Assembly: GCA_977017575.1 (NCBI GenBank)
Contig: CDRNVI010000004.1
Span: 62,001 to 126,000, forward strand
Direction of reading: 5' to 3'
DNA: 64,000 nt
Source of the DNA: Paramoeba atlantica
Taxonomy: Eukaryota > Protista > Discosea
A program made the translations under genes and the position numbers. The notes under the pieces were generated by a model. It ran no database searches, had not been told where the DNA came from, and was given only the letters and a program-made list of their open reading frames with translations. Shown here one piece after another: positions 32,093-42,676 of the stretch; within the stretch, counting starts at the first letter, position 1; every line of letters begins with the position of its first letter.

Positions 32093-33445
32093 TCAGCAAA
32101 ACAACAACGCCGATAGCTTCCTCCGTGCCTTCTGAACGATCTCGCTTTCCGCGCCCTCCATCTCAAAGAGTAATAGAATCATTCGTCGTGCTGGAGTGCT
32201 CTCTTGTCGGGACTTGGGTGCCTTATGAAGTCTGGGCTCAAGACGAATGAGCGAGAGCAGCTCGTCGATGGCTTCCTGCATTTGACCGCATGTGTAGAAC
32301 GCTACGGACAATCGTAGGTGTGTGAGATAGTACTCATCCGGATCCTTTGCAGAGTCTGCCGGCAGGCCTTTCAAATAGGCCACCGAATGTTTGTCTGGGT
32401 CAAACTCTACGATTGATCGAATCTCAAAGTCGGCAATCGTTTGTGCGATTTCTCGGTCATCCTTCAGCGCCCATGACAACTCGCTACGCAGAACTTTCGC
32501 GTGCTCGGCTGCCTTCTCCTTCTCCCCTTTCTGACCATACAAGCGGCACAACAACGCGTGGGCTTGCGCCGTCGCCTGCATATGCTCATTTTCCTTCATT
32601 TTATTCGTCATATCCTGCGAAATCTTTTTCACCCCAACCCCCAGACCCTTTTTCAGCTCCTCAATCGGTCCCTCACACATCTCAAACACTTTTTTACACG
32701 CCTTTATCGCCTCCTCCACCTCACCACACCGTTTCGCCTCCGCCACCACCCCCAACGGTCCATTTTCTTTTTCTGTTTTACCCCTTTCGGCACTTCCCCC
32801 GCTCCCCTCTCTCCCCACCGCCCAGCCATACTGCTCCCGCAGCACCCGCTGAAACCCCCGCAACGCCTCCCCGATCTGCCTCTCCTTCATCACCCCGGGG
32901 GCCCGATCCACGACCTGCCCTTTGTACACAAAGAAGGTCATCGGGACCCCCAGGCGGTCCGCCCCGAACTGTCGGGCGAGCTGGCCCTCCCGTTCGCAGT
33001 TGATCGTGGCCAGGCGAAGAGGGGCTTCGCGGGATGAGTTTTCACGCAGCGTGTGGATGGCTTGTTTGAGCTCTTTGAAGTAGAGAAGACATTCCGGGGA
33101 GCTCTCGGCGTAGAGAAGGAGTACCGTAGGGGTGGGACTGCGGAGAAGTTCTTTTTCAATGTTGAAAGAGGTGAGGGGGAGTACGGGGGTGTCGGGGGGT
33201 TGGGAGGGGGAAGAGTGGGGAGGGGTTGTGGTTGTGGTGTGTAGCGTACGGTAGCAGGGATGGTAGGGCGTGGTGGAGTGTACGTGTAACTGTGTAGGGG
33301 TTGGGGACGGGGAGGTGAGGGTGAAAATTTGACCCAGGGAGGAGGAGGAAGAGGAGGTTGTGGTAGGAAAGGGGTGAGAAAAGAAACGGGGGGAGGGGGT
33401 TTGGGTACGGAGAGGCAGGTTACGTAGTTTGTGGAAGGAGGACAT
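32093..33445 (-). CDS. Thioredoxin-like + TPR protein (CnoX/YbbN-like), probable mitochondrial presequence
   Basis: SPEC (SxxC) site, LATINCEREGQLARQFG..VPMTFFVYKGQVVD, C-terminal ARRMILLLFE..ARRKLSALLF, and an Arg/Ser-rich N-terminus. Confidence 0.75.
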   Translation of the reverse strand: MSSFHKLRNLPLRTQTPSPRFFSHPFPTTTSSSSSSLGQIFTLTSPSPTPTQLHVHSTTPYHPCYRTLHTTTTTPPHSSPSQPPDTPVLPLTSFNIEKELLRSPTPTVLLLYAESSPECLLYFKELKQAIHTLRENSSREAPLRLATINCEREGQLARQFGADRLGVPMTFFVYKGQVVDRAPGVMKERQIGEALRGFQRVLREQYGWAVGREGSGGSAERGKTEKENGPLGVVAEAKRCGEVEEAIKACKKVFEMCEGPIEELKKGLGVGVKKISQDMTNKMKENEHMQATAQAHALLCRLYGQKGEKEKAAEHAKVLRSELSWALKDDREIAQTIADFEIRSIVEFDPDKHSVAYLKGLPADSAKDPDEYYLTHLRLSVAFYTCGQMQEAIDELLSLIRLEPRLHKAPKSRQESTPARRMILLLFEMEGAESEIVQKARRKLSALLFC

Positions 33446-33480
33446 GGGAAGTGAAAGTGGTGGATGAGGGGAATGAAAAG
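32600..33480. other. GC-rich island with C-to-G skew flip (#5)
   Basis: C-rich to about 32970, G-rich from about 33100. Confidence 0.85.
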
Positions 33481-33705
33481 GTCTTGAGAAATTGTGCGGA
33501 TTGATTACAGAGTAGTGCAGTTCTTTTTCTATATTTGGAGGTAAATTGCAACAAAATCAAGTTTTCTGTTCAATTCATTTTATGGTACTCAACGTCAAAT
33601 TCTGTCAATATAGAATCACTTTTCTTCACGCATAAATTCTCTTTGGACTACAGGTATTTCAGCACTTATTTTTACACAACATTCCTTCCACTTGCTCTTT
33701 CACTT

Positions 33706-34107
33706 CTAAAACCTGAGGGCTTGGAAAAACCACTGGTTGCGTCCGCTCTTGTAGCGCTCCTCCAAAACCGCACGTACATCACGGCGTGTGTCTTTCCGGT
33801 GCGTTTCGTCCGTCAAGTTAATCTTTCCCTTCAGCTCGCCCACAATCTCCATGTTGTATCGAGTAGGGAAAATGTGATTGTGGTTCACCACTCGGACGAA
33901 CGGCTTTACGCGACTGCGGTTGGCAATCGTTTTGCGGCTCATGCGCTTGTGTACTTTACGGGGATATTCGGAGACTCCGACAATAACGGCGTGTCCGTAG
34001 GGTCGGCTCTTGGTACCGCGTTCAGTTGTTTGTACCACCACACCTTTCTTTCCCGCGTGTCGGCCCTGGAGCATCAGTACGACCTTTCCTGGCTTAAGAA
34101 TCTTCAT
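33706..34107 (-). CDS. RPL27: 60S ribosomal protein L27
   Basis: MKILKPGKVVLMLQGRHAGKK...RVKPFVRVVNHNHIFPTRY...WFFQALRF. Confidence 0.97.
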   Translation of the reverse strand: MKILKPGKVVLMLQGRHAGKKGVVVQTTERGTKSRPYGHAVIVGVSEYPRKVHKRMSRKTIANRSRVKPFVRVVNHNHIFPTRYNMEIVGELKGKINLTDETHRKDTRRDVRAVLEERYKSGRNQWFFQALRF

Positions 34108-34293
34108 CGTTCAGTTTAACAATGAGAAAAATGAAAATCTAGACGTATTCGGAAAAAGTGGGAAAACGTAAAACGGGGTGGGGAACAAAATATTGGTCAT
34201 GTCGAATACACAACATGCTGGACGAATACGCAGACATACAGTCTGATTGTGTATTTCTTGCTTTTAAAAATGTGGCTATCATGTCCTACAAGT

Positions 34294-34971
34294 TCACTTT
34301 TTGGTTTTCTTTCGCGCGGTTTGTCCAGGACTAGACACGCATGTGCTGCATTCGTAGGATACTATGGTTGAAGAATTGGAAGAATTTTGATCAGATTTTT
34401 CTTCTTTATACGGTTTCGCGACTTTTTGAATCTTCACCGTGGCACTTCTTCCAACCCTCAAAAAACATAAACATCGTGGACAAAGCAAAGAAAGGACATA
34501 CAAAGGATCAATCTTAGACGCTAAACTTGACTCATTCGAAGTCAAGAGTTTGTTTGCCTCATTTCGCTTACTAAAGTCCGAACCACTCGATGGACCAAGC
34601 GGTTCACTTTTATTTGTTGGTGTTGTTCGGTTAGTGTGCGTACCAGCTTTATTCGGCAATTCGGACGAATCGAACGCATCATGAAAATTTCCTCGAAGTG
34701 CTTCATAGAAAGCTTCTCGGCTGACAGTGGCAAGAGATTGAGCTTGTTTTGTTTTTCGCACTTTCTTTCCGTATTTACGTCTGGTGTGTGTACGCGCTTT
34801 ATGTAAACTAGAAAGCACATCAAAATCCGACGTGTTGGGATATTCGTCTTTTTCTGCAATTATTGGCAGAAGGGCATTCCGAAGTTCTCTTCCATACTCT
34901 CGAGATAAATCAACATCTCCGAATTCCACAGCAGCGGCAGACATTCTCAAATAATGAGCAATGTGTTCCAT
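34294..34971 (-). CDS. Rpr2/Rpp21/Snm1-like zinc-ribbon protein (tentative)
   Basis: HYLRMSA..DLSREYG N-terminal helices; LCPRCLCFLRVG..TVKI and VSYECSTC CxxC pairs. Confidence 0.55.
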   Translation of the reverse strand: MEHIAHYLRMSAAAVEFGDVDLSREYGRELRNALLPIIAEKDEYPNTSDFDVLSSLHKARTHTRRKYGKKVRKTKQAQSLATVSREAFYEALRGNFHDAFDSSELPNKAGTHTNRTTPTNKSEPLGPSSGSDFSKRNEANKLLTSNESSLASKIDPLYVLSLLCPRCLCFLRVGRSATVKIQKVAKPYKEEKSDQNSSNSSTIVSYECSTCVSSPGQTARKKTKK

Positions 34972-35158
34972 TATTGGTCATATGCAAGTACATATACAGA
35001 CTTCTGTACTTCAGACTTTACAGACTTCCATATACAGACTCCTGTACTACATGTAAAACTAAAGAGACCTTGAAACGAATTCTTCTTTTAGCGTACCTCA
35101 ACGCAGCAATAGTCCTGTAAAAAAGGCTTCAAATATTTGCGGTATAATTTTCAATGTA

Positions 35159-36088
35159 AACCCCTCCGCATCAAAAAGGCACCCACTCTTATTTTTTGCA
35201 CGAGGGGGGCTAGGGGGGTTATCGCACCACTTTATCGTGCAAATTTTTGAGATCTGTTCGTTCCCGTTGTCTTTAGGTCATTTCGAAAAATAAAAAAATG
35301 TTGAATTTATATTTTAAAAAAATCGCTTTTCATGCCAAGAAATACGTATCGACTCCCCAGAGGTGGTCTTACAGAAAGTGGAAAAGTGTTATTGCGCATG
35401 AGGCTTCGCCAAGGGGTTGCGATAAGGCAAGTAGCCTGCAAGTTTAATGTCAATGTGAAACATATTCGAAAATATTTGAAAAGCAATTCGCCTGAAAATG
35501 TTTATACTCTGAGCCCTGAAGTAAAAAGCAGAATCAAAAGACACCTTGTTCTCCCACCCATCTCAATTACATGTGTTTCGTACATTAAAACATTAAAAAA
35601 AGTAATATTCCCCTCAAACTGCATTTTTCAGCAAGATGGGGCGACACCTTAGACTGCCAAGGAAACAAAAGCGTACCTTGAGGACGGCAACATGAAATTA
35701 TTGAAAAATTGTCCGCTCAACTCCCACGATCTCTCACCAATAGAAAACGTGTGGAGCATGGTACAAAATCTTGTAGATGAATACAATCCTGCAACTAAAG
35801 AAGATTTCATAAAAAGCGTACGTAAAGCTTGGCGTAAATTGCCTCAAGAATATATTGATGATTCGGTTTAGAGCTTCGATGCTCGCCTCAAAGCTTGTGT
35901 GGCGAGTAGCGGAGAAAAAGTGACAAAATGGTAATCTCTACCTAAAATATACGTATTCGTTTCTTTTTGTCTCATTTCTTCACGCGCAAAGTCTTTGTGT
36001 TGAGATCTGCAAAATGCAACAAAAATCAGCCCAAACGGACAATTGGCTGAAAAGTTAAGGGTGGGTGCCTTATTGGTGCGGAGGGGTT
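35159..36088 (+). mobile_element. 930-bp internally deleted Tc1/mariner element (DD35E-like), 33-bp TIRs, TA TSD
   Basis: TIRs 35159-35191 / 36056-36088 (3 mismatches); TA at 35157-58 and 36089-90. ORF 35332-35933 has an HTH, FQQDGATP* and DLSPIENVW, with two TAG stops. Confidence 0.9.
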
Positions 36089-36675
36089 TATTTTCGATAG
36101 TTTTGGCACCCCCTTAATTTGAAGAGCTCCAGGGAAACTATCTATCAAAATCATAGCAAATGCAATGTTATTTGGAACAGAAAAAATGCAAAAACATAGA
36201 CCCCCGACATCAATATACACAAGTGAGCGTAAAATTCTGATGCCTGCCCTCAATCAAAGTTCCTAACTTTCATTCTAAAAGAAGTGGACGAAATCTCAAC
36301 GTTTGAGATTATTTCTCCTTTAATGACGGTGTTTCGTACTCAGACTCCATTACTTATTCTACTGCAGAGAACTCCTTCCCTGAAGGACTACGAAATGTAG
36401 CCTCCGTTAGAAGTGACGAGACCACTTTTTCTCGTCATTGACACCTGCGCATAAGTTACTTCCTTTAGAAATAGTGAAATTTTGTAGGAAGGTCAATGGT
36501 TTATCCAAACCCGACTACGATGAAGCTTTCCTCTGCGTGTAAGTAGTGTGCAAAGACTATTTTGCCGTAATGTCGGGGAAGGTGCGCCTTCCATCTGTAA
36601 AGATTTGACAAAACTGCTTAGTCTAAAACGGATAATCTACATTTCTCCGTGCTACTTTTCAGGCGGACATCTCAA

Positions 36676-37734
36676 CTATTGTGAAACTGCTCCTTGTTTG
36701 TTTACGGTCAATTTCTTCACTACTGTGGCGAGCGGGTCGCATAGACTCAATACGGACCGCTGAGGATATAAATCAACATTCAAGGACTGTGCTGGAAGGA
36801 TGAATCGAGAAAACACGTTGTTTGATAGCTTAATGTGTGTTTCAGGTGCGAATCCCTCCAGATTAGCAATGCCATTTAACTGATTATCGCTGGCGTTCAC
36901 TTCCTTCAGAAAGGGTGGTAATTTTTTTATAACAAGTTCCTTATCAAAGTGGTTCTTACTGACGTCAAGGCTTTCCAGACTGGTAGGGAGATCGGAGAGG
37001 CGCAATACACCATCTAAGTTATTGTCACTTAAGTTGAGGTCACGTAAGCACACGGGCAGTACTTCTCCATCTGCATTTGACATAGAGCGTGTTAGCTTGT
37101 GTCGGACTTTGTCGTAGCGGTAATTTTGTTGTATTGCCCCCAAACATAGACCTCCTGTGAGACGATTGCTCGAAAGATCCAGTCGGACTAAACATGGGTT
37201 AATGCAATCTAGCTGCACTGGGCCTTGAAAAGCATTGCCGCTCAAGTTGATCTCCTGAAGTCCTAGAGGGAGTGCTGAGAGATCAATTAGGCCGTCAAAT
37301 TTATTATCCGATGCATTCAAGGTAAGTAAACGAGGAGGCAGACGGGTGCAGTCGAAATTTCCGGAAAAATGATTGGAAGAGATGTTCAGAGTTTGCAAAT
37401 TTGGTAGTTTCGGCAGCACTACCTTGCCCTCCAGCTTGTTGGAACAGATATCAAGGACAACCAGCGACAAAGGTAGGGCCGGCCAACATAGAACCCCTGA
37501 CAAAGGGGAAGTTCTCATTCCCCAGCATACGGCGTGGAGGTTATTCCAATGCACTTCTATTTCCTCGCCTCGACGATTTTTCACAACATAAGGTGGTACA
37601 AAGTGATCGTCAGGCATGATTCCATTTCTTTTGGATCCAAAATGGATTTCTGCACCATTGACGTACCTACGCAACGATAAATCGAACGAAGACGTGGAAT
37701 TCCCTTTTATGGGCTTCATATTTATTTCGAACAT
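36676..37734 (-). CDS. Leucine-rich repeat protein (family member 4)
   Basis: Multiple LP..L..L.LS.N.L.G repeats. Confidence 0.85.
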   Translation of the reverse strand: MFEINMKPIKGNSTSSFDLSLRRYVNGAEIHFGSKRNGIMPDDHFVPPYVVKNRRGEEIEVHWNNLHAVCWGMRTSPLSGVLCWPALPLSLVVLDICSNKLEGKVVLPKLPNLQTLNISSNHFSGNFDCTRLPPRLLTLNASDNKFDGLIDLSALPLGLQEINLSGNAFQGPVQLDCINPCLVRLDLSSNRLTGGLCLGAIQQNYRYDKVRHKLTRSMSNADGEVLPVCLRDLNLSDNNLDGVLRLSDLPTSLESLDVSKNHFDKELVIKKLPPFLKEVNASDNQLNGIANLEGFAPETHIKLSNNVFSRFILPAQSLNVDLYPQRSVLSLCDPLATVVKKLTVNKQGAVSQ

Positions 37735-37998
37735 TCACAGGTTAAATACGACAGAAGTCTACAGAATTTTGTTTTGGAAAAAAATACGTTGCTAGACCAA
37801 CAAGGTGAACCCTAGATTTAAAGAATAAATCATACAGTTTGAGATGCAAAAACGTAGAGGATTATTCTGCGGGAAAATTAGTTATTTAAAGCGTATGTGT
37901 AACGACGTCTTTGCTGCTTCCTTCCTATCTAGCGGACGATCTTTGTAGTACGGTGCGGCAACATCCCACTAAAAAAGACTTTAAAAAGATCACGATCT

Positions 37999-39477
37999 TC
38001 ACCCTTCCCGCTTATTAAGAAAGAGACGAAAACGCGAGCCTGAGGCAGTGTTCTCACCACACGCCGCATTCCCGTCCTCGCTCTCTCGTACGCAAGGCCT
38101 TCGCGGGATATGGGACAGATCTACATTTTCCGGTTCTTGTGGCATCCAGCGCACATACATGTCGTTTTGTAAATCACCATTCTCTCCACCGTAGAGAAAC
38201 AAACAACCTTCAACAAGAGTCGCCGAGGCGTGCTGCCGAGGTGACGGACAAACATTTACTGGCATCCAACACCAGGAGATGTTCGGATAAATTCCGAAAC
38301 ACTGCGAACGGGGTTGATACAACGCGCCAACCGAGCAGTTAAGATCGTTTTCCTGTTCCTTAGGCATCCCGCTACAGAGTTCCATTAGAATCCGACTGCT
38401 CTGATCCGCATTTCCGGAACCTGAAAGCACGTCCTCCGATCTAAATCGGTAACAAGAGCACTGTTCGCCCTGTGTGCCATGTTCCACCGGACTCATTCGG
38501 TCCCACTGCCTCGACCCCCCGACGTGAACCCACATCTGGGTCTCCGGTATCAACACCGAGCTGTGCCCAAACCATGGAGAAGCAGGAATCTCAAACCTCA
38601 CGCCGCGTTCCAGAATCACCTCAGGAAACGGGGAAACCACTCCGACGGGTAAACTAAGCCGGGCTATCACAAAATGGTGCTCCCCCTGCCACGTCCCACC
38701 GGCCACAAACACCCTTCCGTTGCTCACACAGCAACTGTGCCCACTGCGGGCCCAAACCCCGCGGTTCTCCCCGTCCAGTCTCCTCCACGTATTCGACCCC
38801 ACATGTAACATCCACAGCTCATCCAACACCTCCCCATACGCGGACTCACCACCGACAACCACCATAATCGACTCTCTCGAATCCGTCCCCCAAACCCCCA
38901 AACCCCCCACCATCTCCTCTCTCCCCACCAACACCGCACTATGACGGAACCGTCCCCCGGGATAGGGATGCCCATACTTATCCCTCACCGAGTCCGCTCT
39001 CCCCACCCCCTTACCCGCATCACTCTCATACCCCCTCCCCTCCCCCTCTACCCCCTCCTGTCCCTCCCCTCTCCTCACACTCTCGAACCCCCTCCCGTGT
39101 TCCCCGGGGGAAACCTCCCACAGTGTGCTGAACACATCCCCCCCCGATGGGTCCCTTCCCCCGAACACCAGCACGGTGTGGGGGGGACACACGACCGCGG
39201 TGTGGTGGGCGAGGGGGGGGAGCAGGGGGGAGGGGGAGGGGAGGGGGGTCCAGGAGAGGGAGGGGAGGTCGAGGGCCTCGAGAAGGGGGAGGCCGCCCCC
39301 CGCTTCAGAGGTAGAGGAGGGGGTGCCCCCGATGAAGAGGAGGGTGGGTCGGGGGGGAGGGGGGGAGGAAACGGGGGAGGGGGGGATAGGGGGGGTAGGG
39401 TAGATGAGGGAACAGGTGTGGGCGGCTCGTGGGGTGGAGAGGAGGTTGTGGGGGGGTTGGAGGAGGTCCCAGGGCAT
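37999..39477 (-). CDS. Kelch-repeat protein
   Basis: PRAAHTC, LAHHTAV..LVFGG, RFRHSAV..VVGG, ARSGHSC..VAGG, PRQHASA..LYGG. Confidence 0.85.
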   Translation of the reverse strand: MPWDLLQPPHNLLSTPRAAHTCSLIYPTPPIPPSPVSSPPPPRPTLLFIGGTPSSTSEAGGGLPLLEALDLPSLSWTPLPSPSPLLPPLAHHTAVVCPPHTVLVFGGRDPSGGDVFSTLWEVSPGEHGRGFESVRRGEGQEGVEGEGRGYESDAGKGVGRADSVRDKYGHPYPGGRFRHSAVLVGREEMVGGLGVWGTDSRESIMVVVGGESAYGEVLDELWMLHVGSNTWRRLDGENRGVWARSGHSCCVSNGRVFVAGGTWQGEHHFVIARLSLPVGVVSPFPEVILERGVRFEIPASPWFGHSSVLIPETQMWVHVGGSRQWDRMSPVEHGTQGEQCSCYRFRSEDVLSGSGNADQSSRILMELCSGMPKEQENDLNCSVGALYQPRSQCFGIYPNISWCWMPVNVCPSPRQHASATLVEGCLFLYGGENGDLQNDMYVRWMPQEPENVDLSHIPRRPCVRESEDGNAACGENTASGSRFRLFLNKREG

Positions 39478-39545
39478 GAGCGGTGGGAGAGGATGGAATT
39501 GGGTTGGATTGGATTTGGGGAGGGGAGGGGTTAGGACATGGAGGG
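38740..39545. other. GC-rich island with C-to-G skew flip (#6)
   Basis: C-rich to about 39170, G-rich from about 39180. Confidence 0.9.
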
Positions 39546-40344
39546 AAAAATAAGGGATGCGCTTTTTTTTGGATAAAGGTTTTTAGAAAATGTCTGCAGT
39601 ACCAGTGAAGCACTTTATAACAATGACATGCAAAGAACAATGTCCGTTTCAAAAACAAAATATGTATTTAGTTAGCAATTGCTTTTTAATTAATCTAGAC
39701 TTTCACTGTTTTTGTTCACTTTTTTTTGTGATAATCGAGGGTAGAGCAGTAGTTATACAACCACCGCAATAAAGGAATTTAATCGCTGTACAAGTTAAGC
39801 GTTGTACAACAGTGTTCAGCGTCTTTTGGCGCATCCCCCCTATAGGTTTTGTATTTTGTCCGATTTTGGAAATATTTTGTATGGGACTGTTTTTCGAATC
39901 CGAGGTCCTTTTCACTTGTAGACACATGAATCATACCTAAACAAAAAAACGTACTGCAAAAAAACGAAATTGTTTCCACAAATTCGTTTTAAAATATTTT
40001 GGGTGTTCAAATTTCGGTATTCAAATATATTTTTTGGTGATAAATGACAATGAAGCACCGCCCCCTGTGTTTACTCCTCCCTCATGCGCTGCGAGACGCG
40101 CACCGCACTCGTGATCGATTACGAGCGACTTAAGTTCAACAAGGCAGTCGCAAACTTTATAAATTTACACAGGACTTCGCAAAACTCATAAACTTAACTC
40201 CAGGTCCATTATTGGATCTTTTCTTCAAGCAAGACCAACCGGAAACGTTTCAGAATATCTTCCGGAACTATCGTAATCGTTTACTTTTGGTCACGGCCAA
40301 AGGTTTACTTCGCACTCTTTTTCCATGTCTTCAGACGTAATTCA

Positions 40345-40865
40345 CAGGGTTGAAACCTATGAAAGGCAAAAAACGCATATTCCTGATTGAAGTGGCGAAA
40401 AAAAGTACTTTGTCAAAAATAGTTAAGAACATAGTTGGTCTCCATCGTGCGCTGCAAACATTTTCGCGCCACGAAAAATGAAAATTAAAAAAAAAATGTC
40501 GTTCGAAATAAAGCCCCAGACAGGGTAGCCGAGGTCTTGGCGCCCATTTTCCACCCCCGTACTCGGGGACTCCCCATGGTATCAACAGGGCGGGGCCACC
40601 AAGTTCGGTTTTTTATGAAATGAAATTTGAAAAAAGACAACTTGGCGAAAAACAGGGCCTAAAATATAGTTTTCCAAAATCGTTTCACCTATAGTAGTTT
40701 GAGAGTCTGAGACCTATACTAGTTTTCTACGTCGTTGTTTTCACAAGATACCCCTTCTTGAAGCCGTGACACGTCTCCCAAAATGACGCCCCAAAAAATA
40801 GGTGTCCTGGCAAACCCTGGCAAAACCTGGCGAAACCCGGCAAAACTTAACAGGTTTCAACCCTC
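40345..40865. mobile_element. Possible hAT-type MITE (13-bp TIR AGGGTTGAAACCT)
   Basis: 40346-40358 and 40852-40864 are perfect reverse complements, with the same CAGGGTT start as the hAT end at 29934. Four CTGGCAAAAC-like subterminal repeats at 40807-40846. No 8-bp TSD found. Confidence 0.5.
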
Positions 40866-41281
40866 TTAGTACTGATCTTTATCTGAGAAACTAGGAAACA
40901 TACCCCCAAAAAAGATGTATTTAGCTTTTTTGACCCCTACCTAGCTACGGGGGTAGGAGGTCGCTCGAGTGAAAAGGACCGCGGATTCGGAACGATTGGG
41001 TTAAAAACGGTGGTATACCAAATATCTCCAAAATCGGACAAATTACAAGACCTGTAGGGGGGGGGGTAAGGGACGCTGCACATTACCATATATTACCCAG
41101 AGTATAGTCCCCAGAGTATATTCCACCATTTTGTAGTTTGTTAACATTTTCGTAGCAAGTTTGTTAAGAATCTTAGTATTTCCCTAAAAGCCTTACACTT
41201 TCGCGTGCACATCATATCCTATTCGCACGTTTCATGACAAGGTTTACTCTTAGATTACCGGCTTATTATTCAGTGTTTCAT

Positions 41282-42184
41282 TTACTTAGAAGAGCAGACG
41301 TCTTCGATGAGTGGTTTGGGAGAGGATGGTAATAGGTTAGATTCGTCGGGTGCTACGCTTTCAAAAAGGTCGATAAAATGCTTCATCCTTGTATAGCGCT
41401 CCATACGACGTAGACGCAGCTCTAGCACGGGCAACCAGATGGCGAAAAGTACACTAGCCGTCAGCAGTATGAAAATATGTATCCATGGCCGCAGAATCGA
41501 GTAAAATATACCAGCAAGGTTCGTTTGCAAGCCAAAGATCTGTGGAATTAAATAAGACAATTTAAATGCATCAGTGGGGAGTCGAAAAATGTTTTGAGTT
41601 ACTGACGCTGTGTCGCGAATCGGAACTCCATGATCAATCAAGCCGACCCATAGTAAAGATATTTGAAAAAGTTGGCGAGCGTATGACATCAAACGGTCAA
41701 CCAAAATTTGGTACGCTCGAATGAGTTGTGAAGCAAAGGGGTTCTTGAGCAAAAGATTATCTTGAAAACAATACTTTAGGTAGTCTACTGCATAGGAATA
41801 GCCGGAGTAAAACATCCCTGACCATACAGCATACATACAAAAGGCGACGATACTGCAGCATAGCACTGGAAAAACCAGCAGATAAATTTCTCTTCGTCGC
41901 AACACACGTTCCCTGAATAATTCCATGGATAGTTTCTTGCGAACCTCCGAAGTCATGTGATTCTTTTTATGGACGGATATGTTGTGGCGGCACTTACGAA
42001 TCAATAATAAGGCTAAGAATAGAGACATTAGTTCGAAGAGGCCGTATGCACGCATAACAATTGTTTCATATACTTCGCGAATTCTATAATTTCTTTGAAG
42101 GGCTCTTCGATACGGGACGCGGGTTTGATCCCGCCGTGCGTTAGCTGATTCGAAGCGTTTGCGTTCTAATTGTAGGTCGCACAT
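41282..42184 (-). CDS. Hypothetical multi-pass membrane protein
   Basis: 300-aa ORF with several hydrophobic segments; no recognised motif. Confidence 0.7.
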   Translation of the reverse strand: MCDLQLERKRFESANARRDQTRVPYRRALQRNYRIREVYETIVMRAYGLFELMSLFLALLLIRKCRHNISVHKKNHMTSEVRKKLSMELFRERVLRRREIYLLVFPVLCCSIVAFCMYAVWSGMFYSGYSYAVDYLKYCFQDNLLLKNPFASQLIRAYQILVDRLMSYARQLFQISLLWVGLIDHGVPIRDTASVTQNIFRLPTDAFKLSYLIPQIFGLQTNLAGIFYSILRPWIHIFILLTASVLFAIWLPVLELRLRRMERYTRMKHFIDLFESVAPDESNLLPSSPKPLIEDVCSSK

Positions 42185-42676
42185 GCCAATCTAAGGGCAG
42201 TATAAGACGTCCACCTCCACAATTCTTTTATTTGGCGTCATCGTAACAGTTCATGTACACCAATATGCAGTCATTGACGCCGCTCTTTATTGCGCTATAT
42301 GTGTTCGGGTTAGATAACAAAAGAATACTAAATCAAGTTAAACTAATTCGTAGTTAAAAAACCATTTTCATCGGCAAAACAGAATTCTCAGAAAGGGGCT
42401 AGTTTCTAAAATGTAACATCAAAGGAAAATAAAAAGAAATTATCAAAATAGGAATTTCAACTTCATTGAAATAATTATTACTCACAACAAACAAATTTTC
42501 GATAATTCACGAACAAAATCATACCCTTGTTTGTAGACCTCTAATCAACTGACCAATTTTTATACTAGCAACTGAGCATAAATCACCCTATATTTTGTTT
42601 AACATTTTTATTACAACAAACTATATGCGCCCTACATTGATAAGGAAAACATTAACAATCTTAATTGAAATGAAAC

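Noticed and set aside
40080-40330. Decayed hAT transposase fragment on the minus strand (..FATALLNLSRS*SITSA..)
   Set aside because: Resemblance too weak and stop-ridden to call without a profile search.
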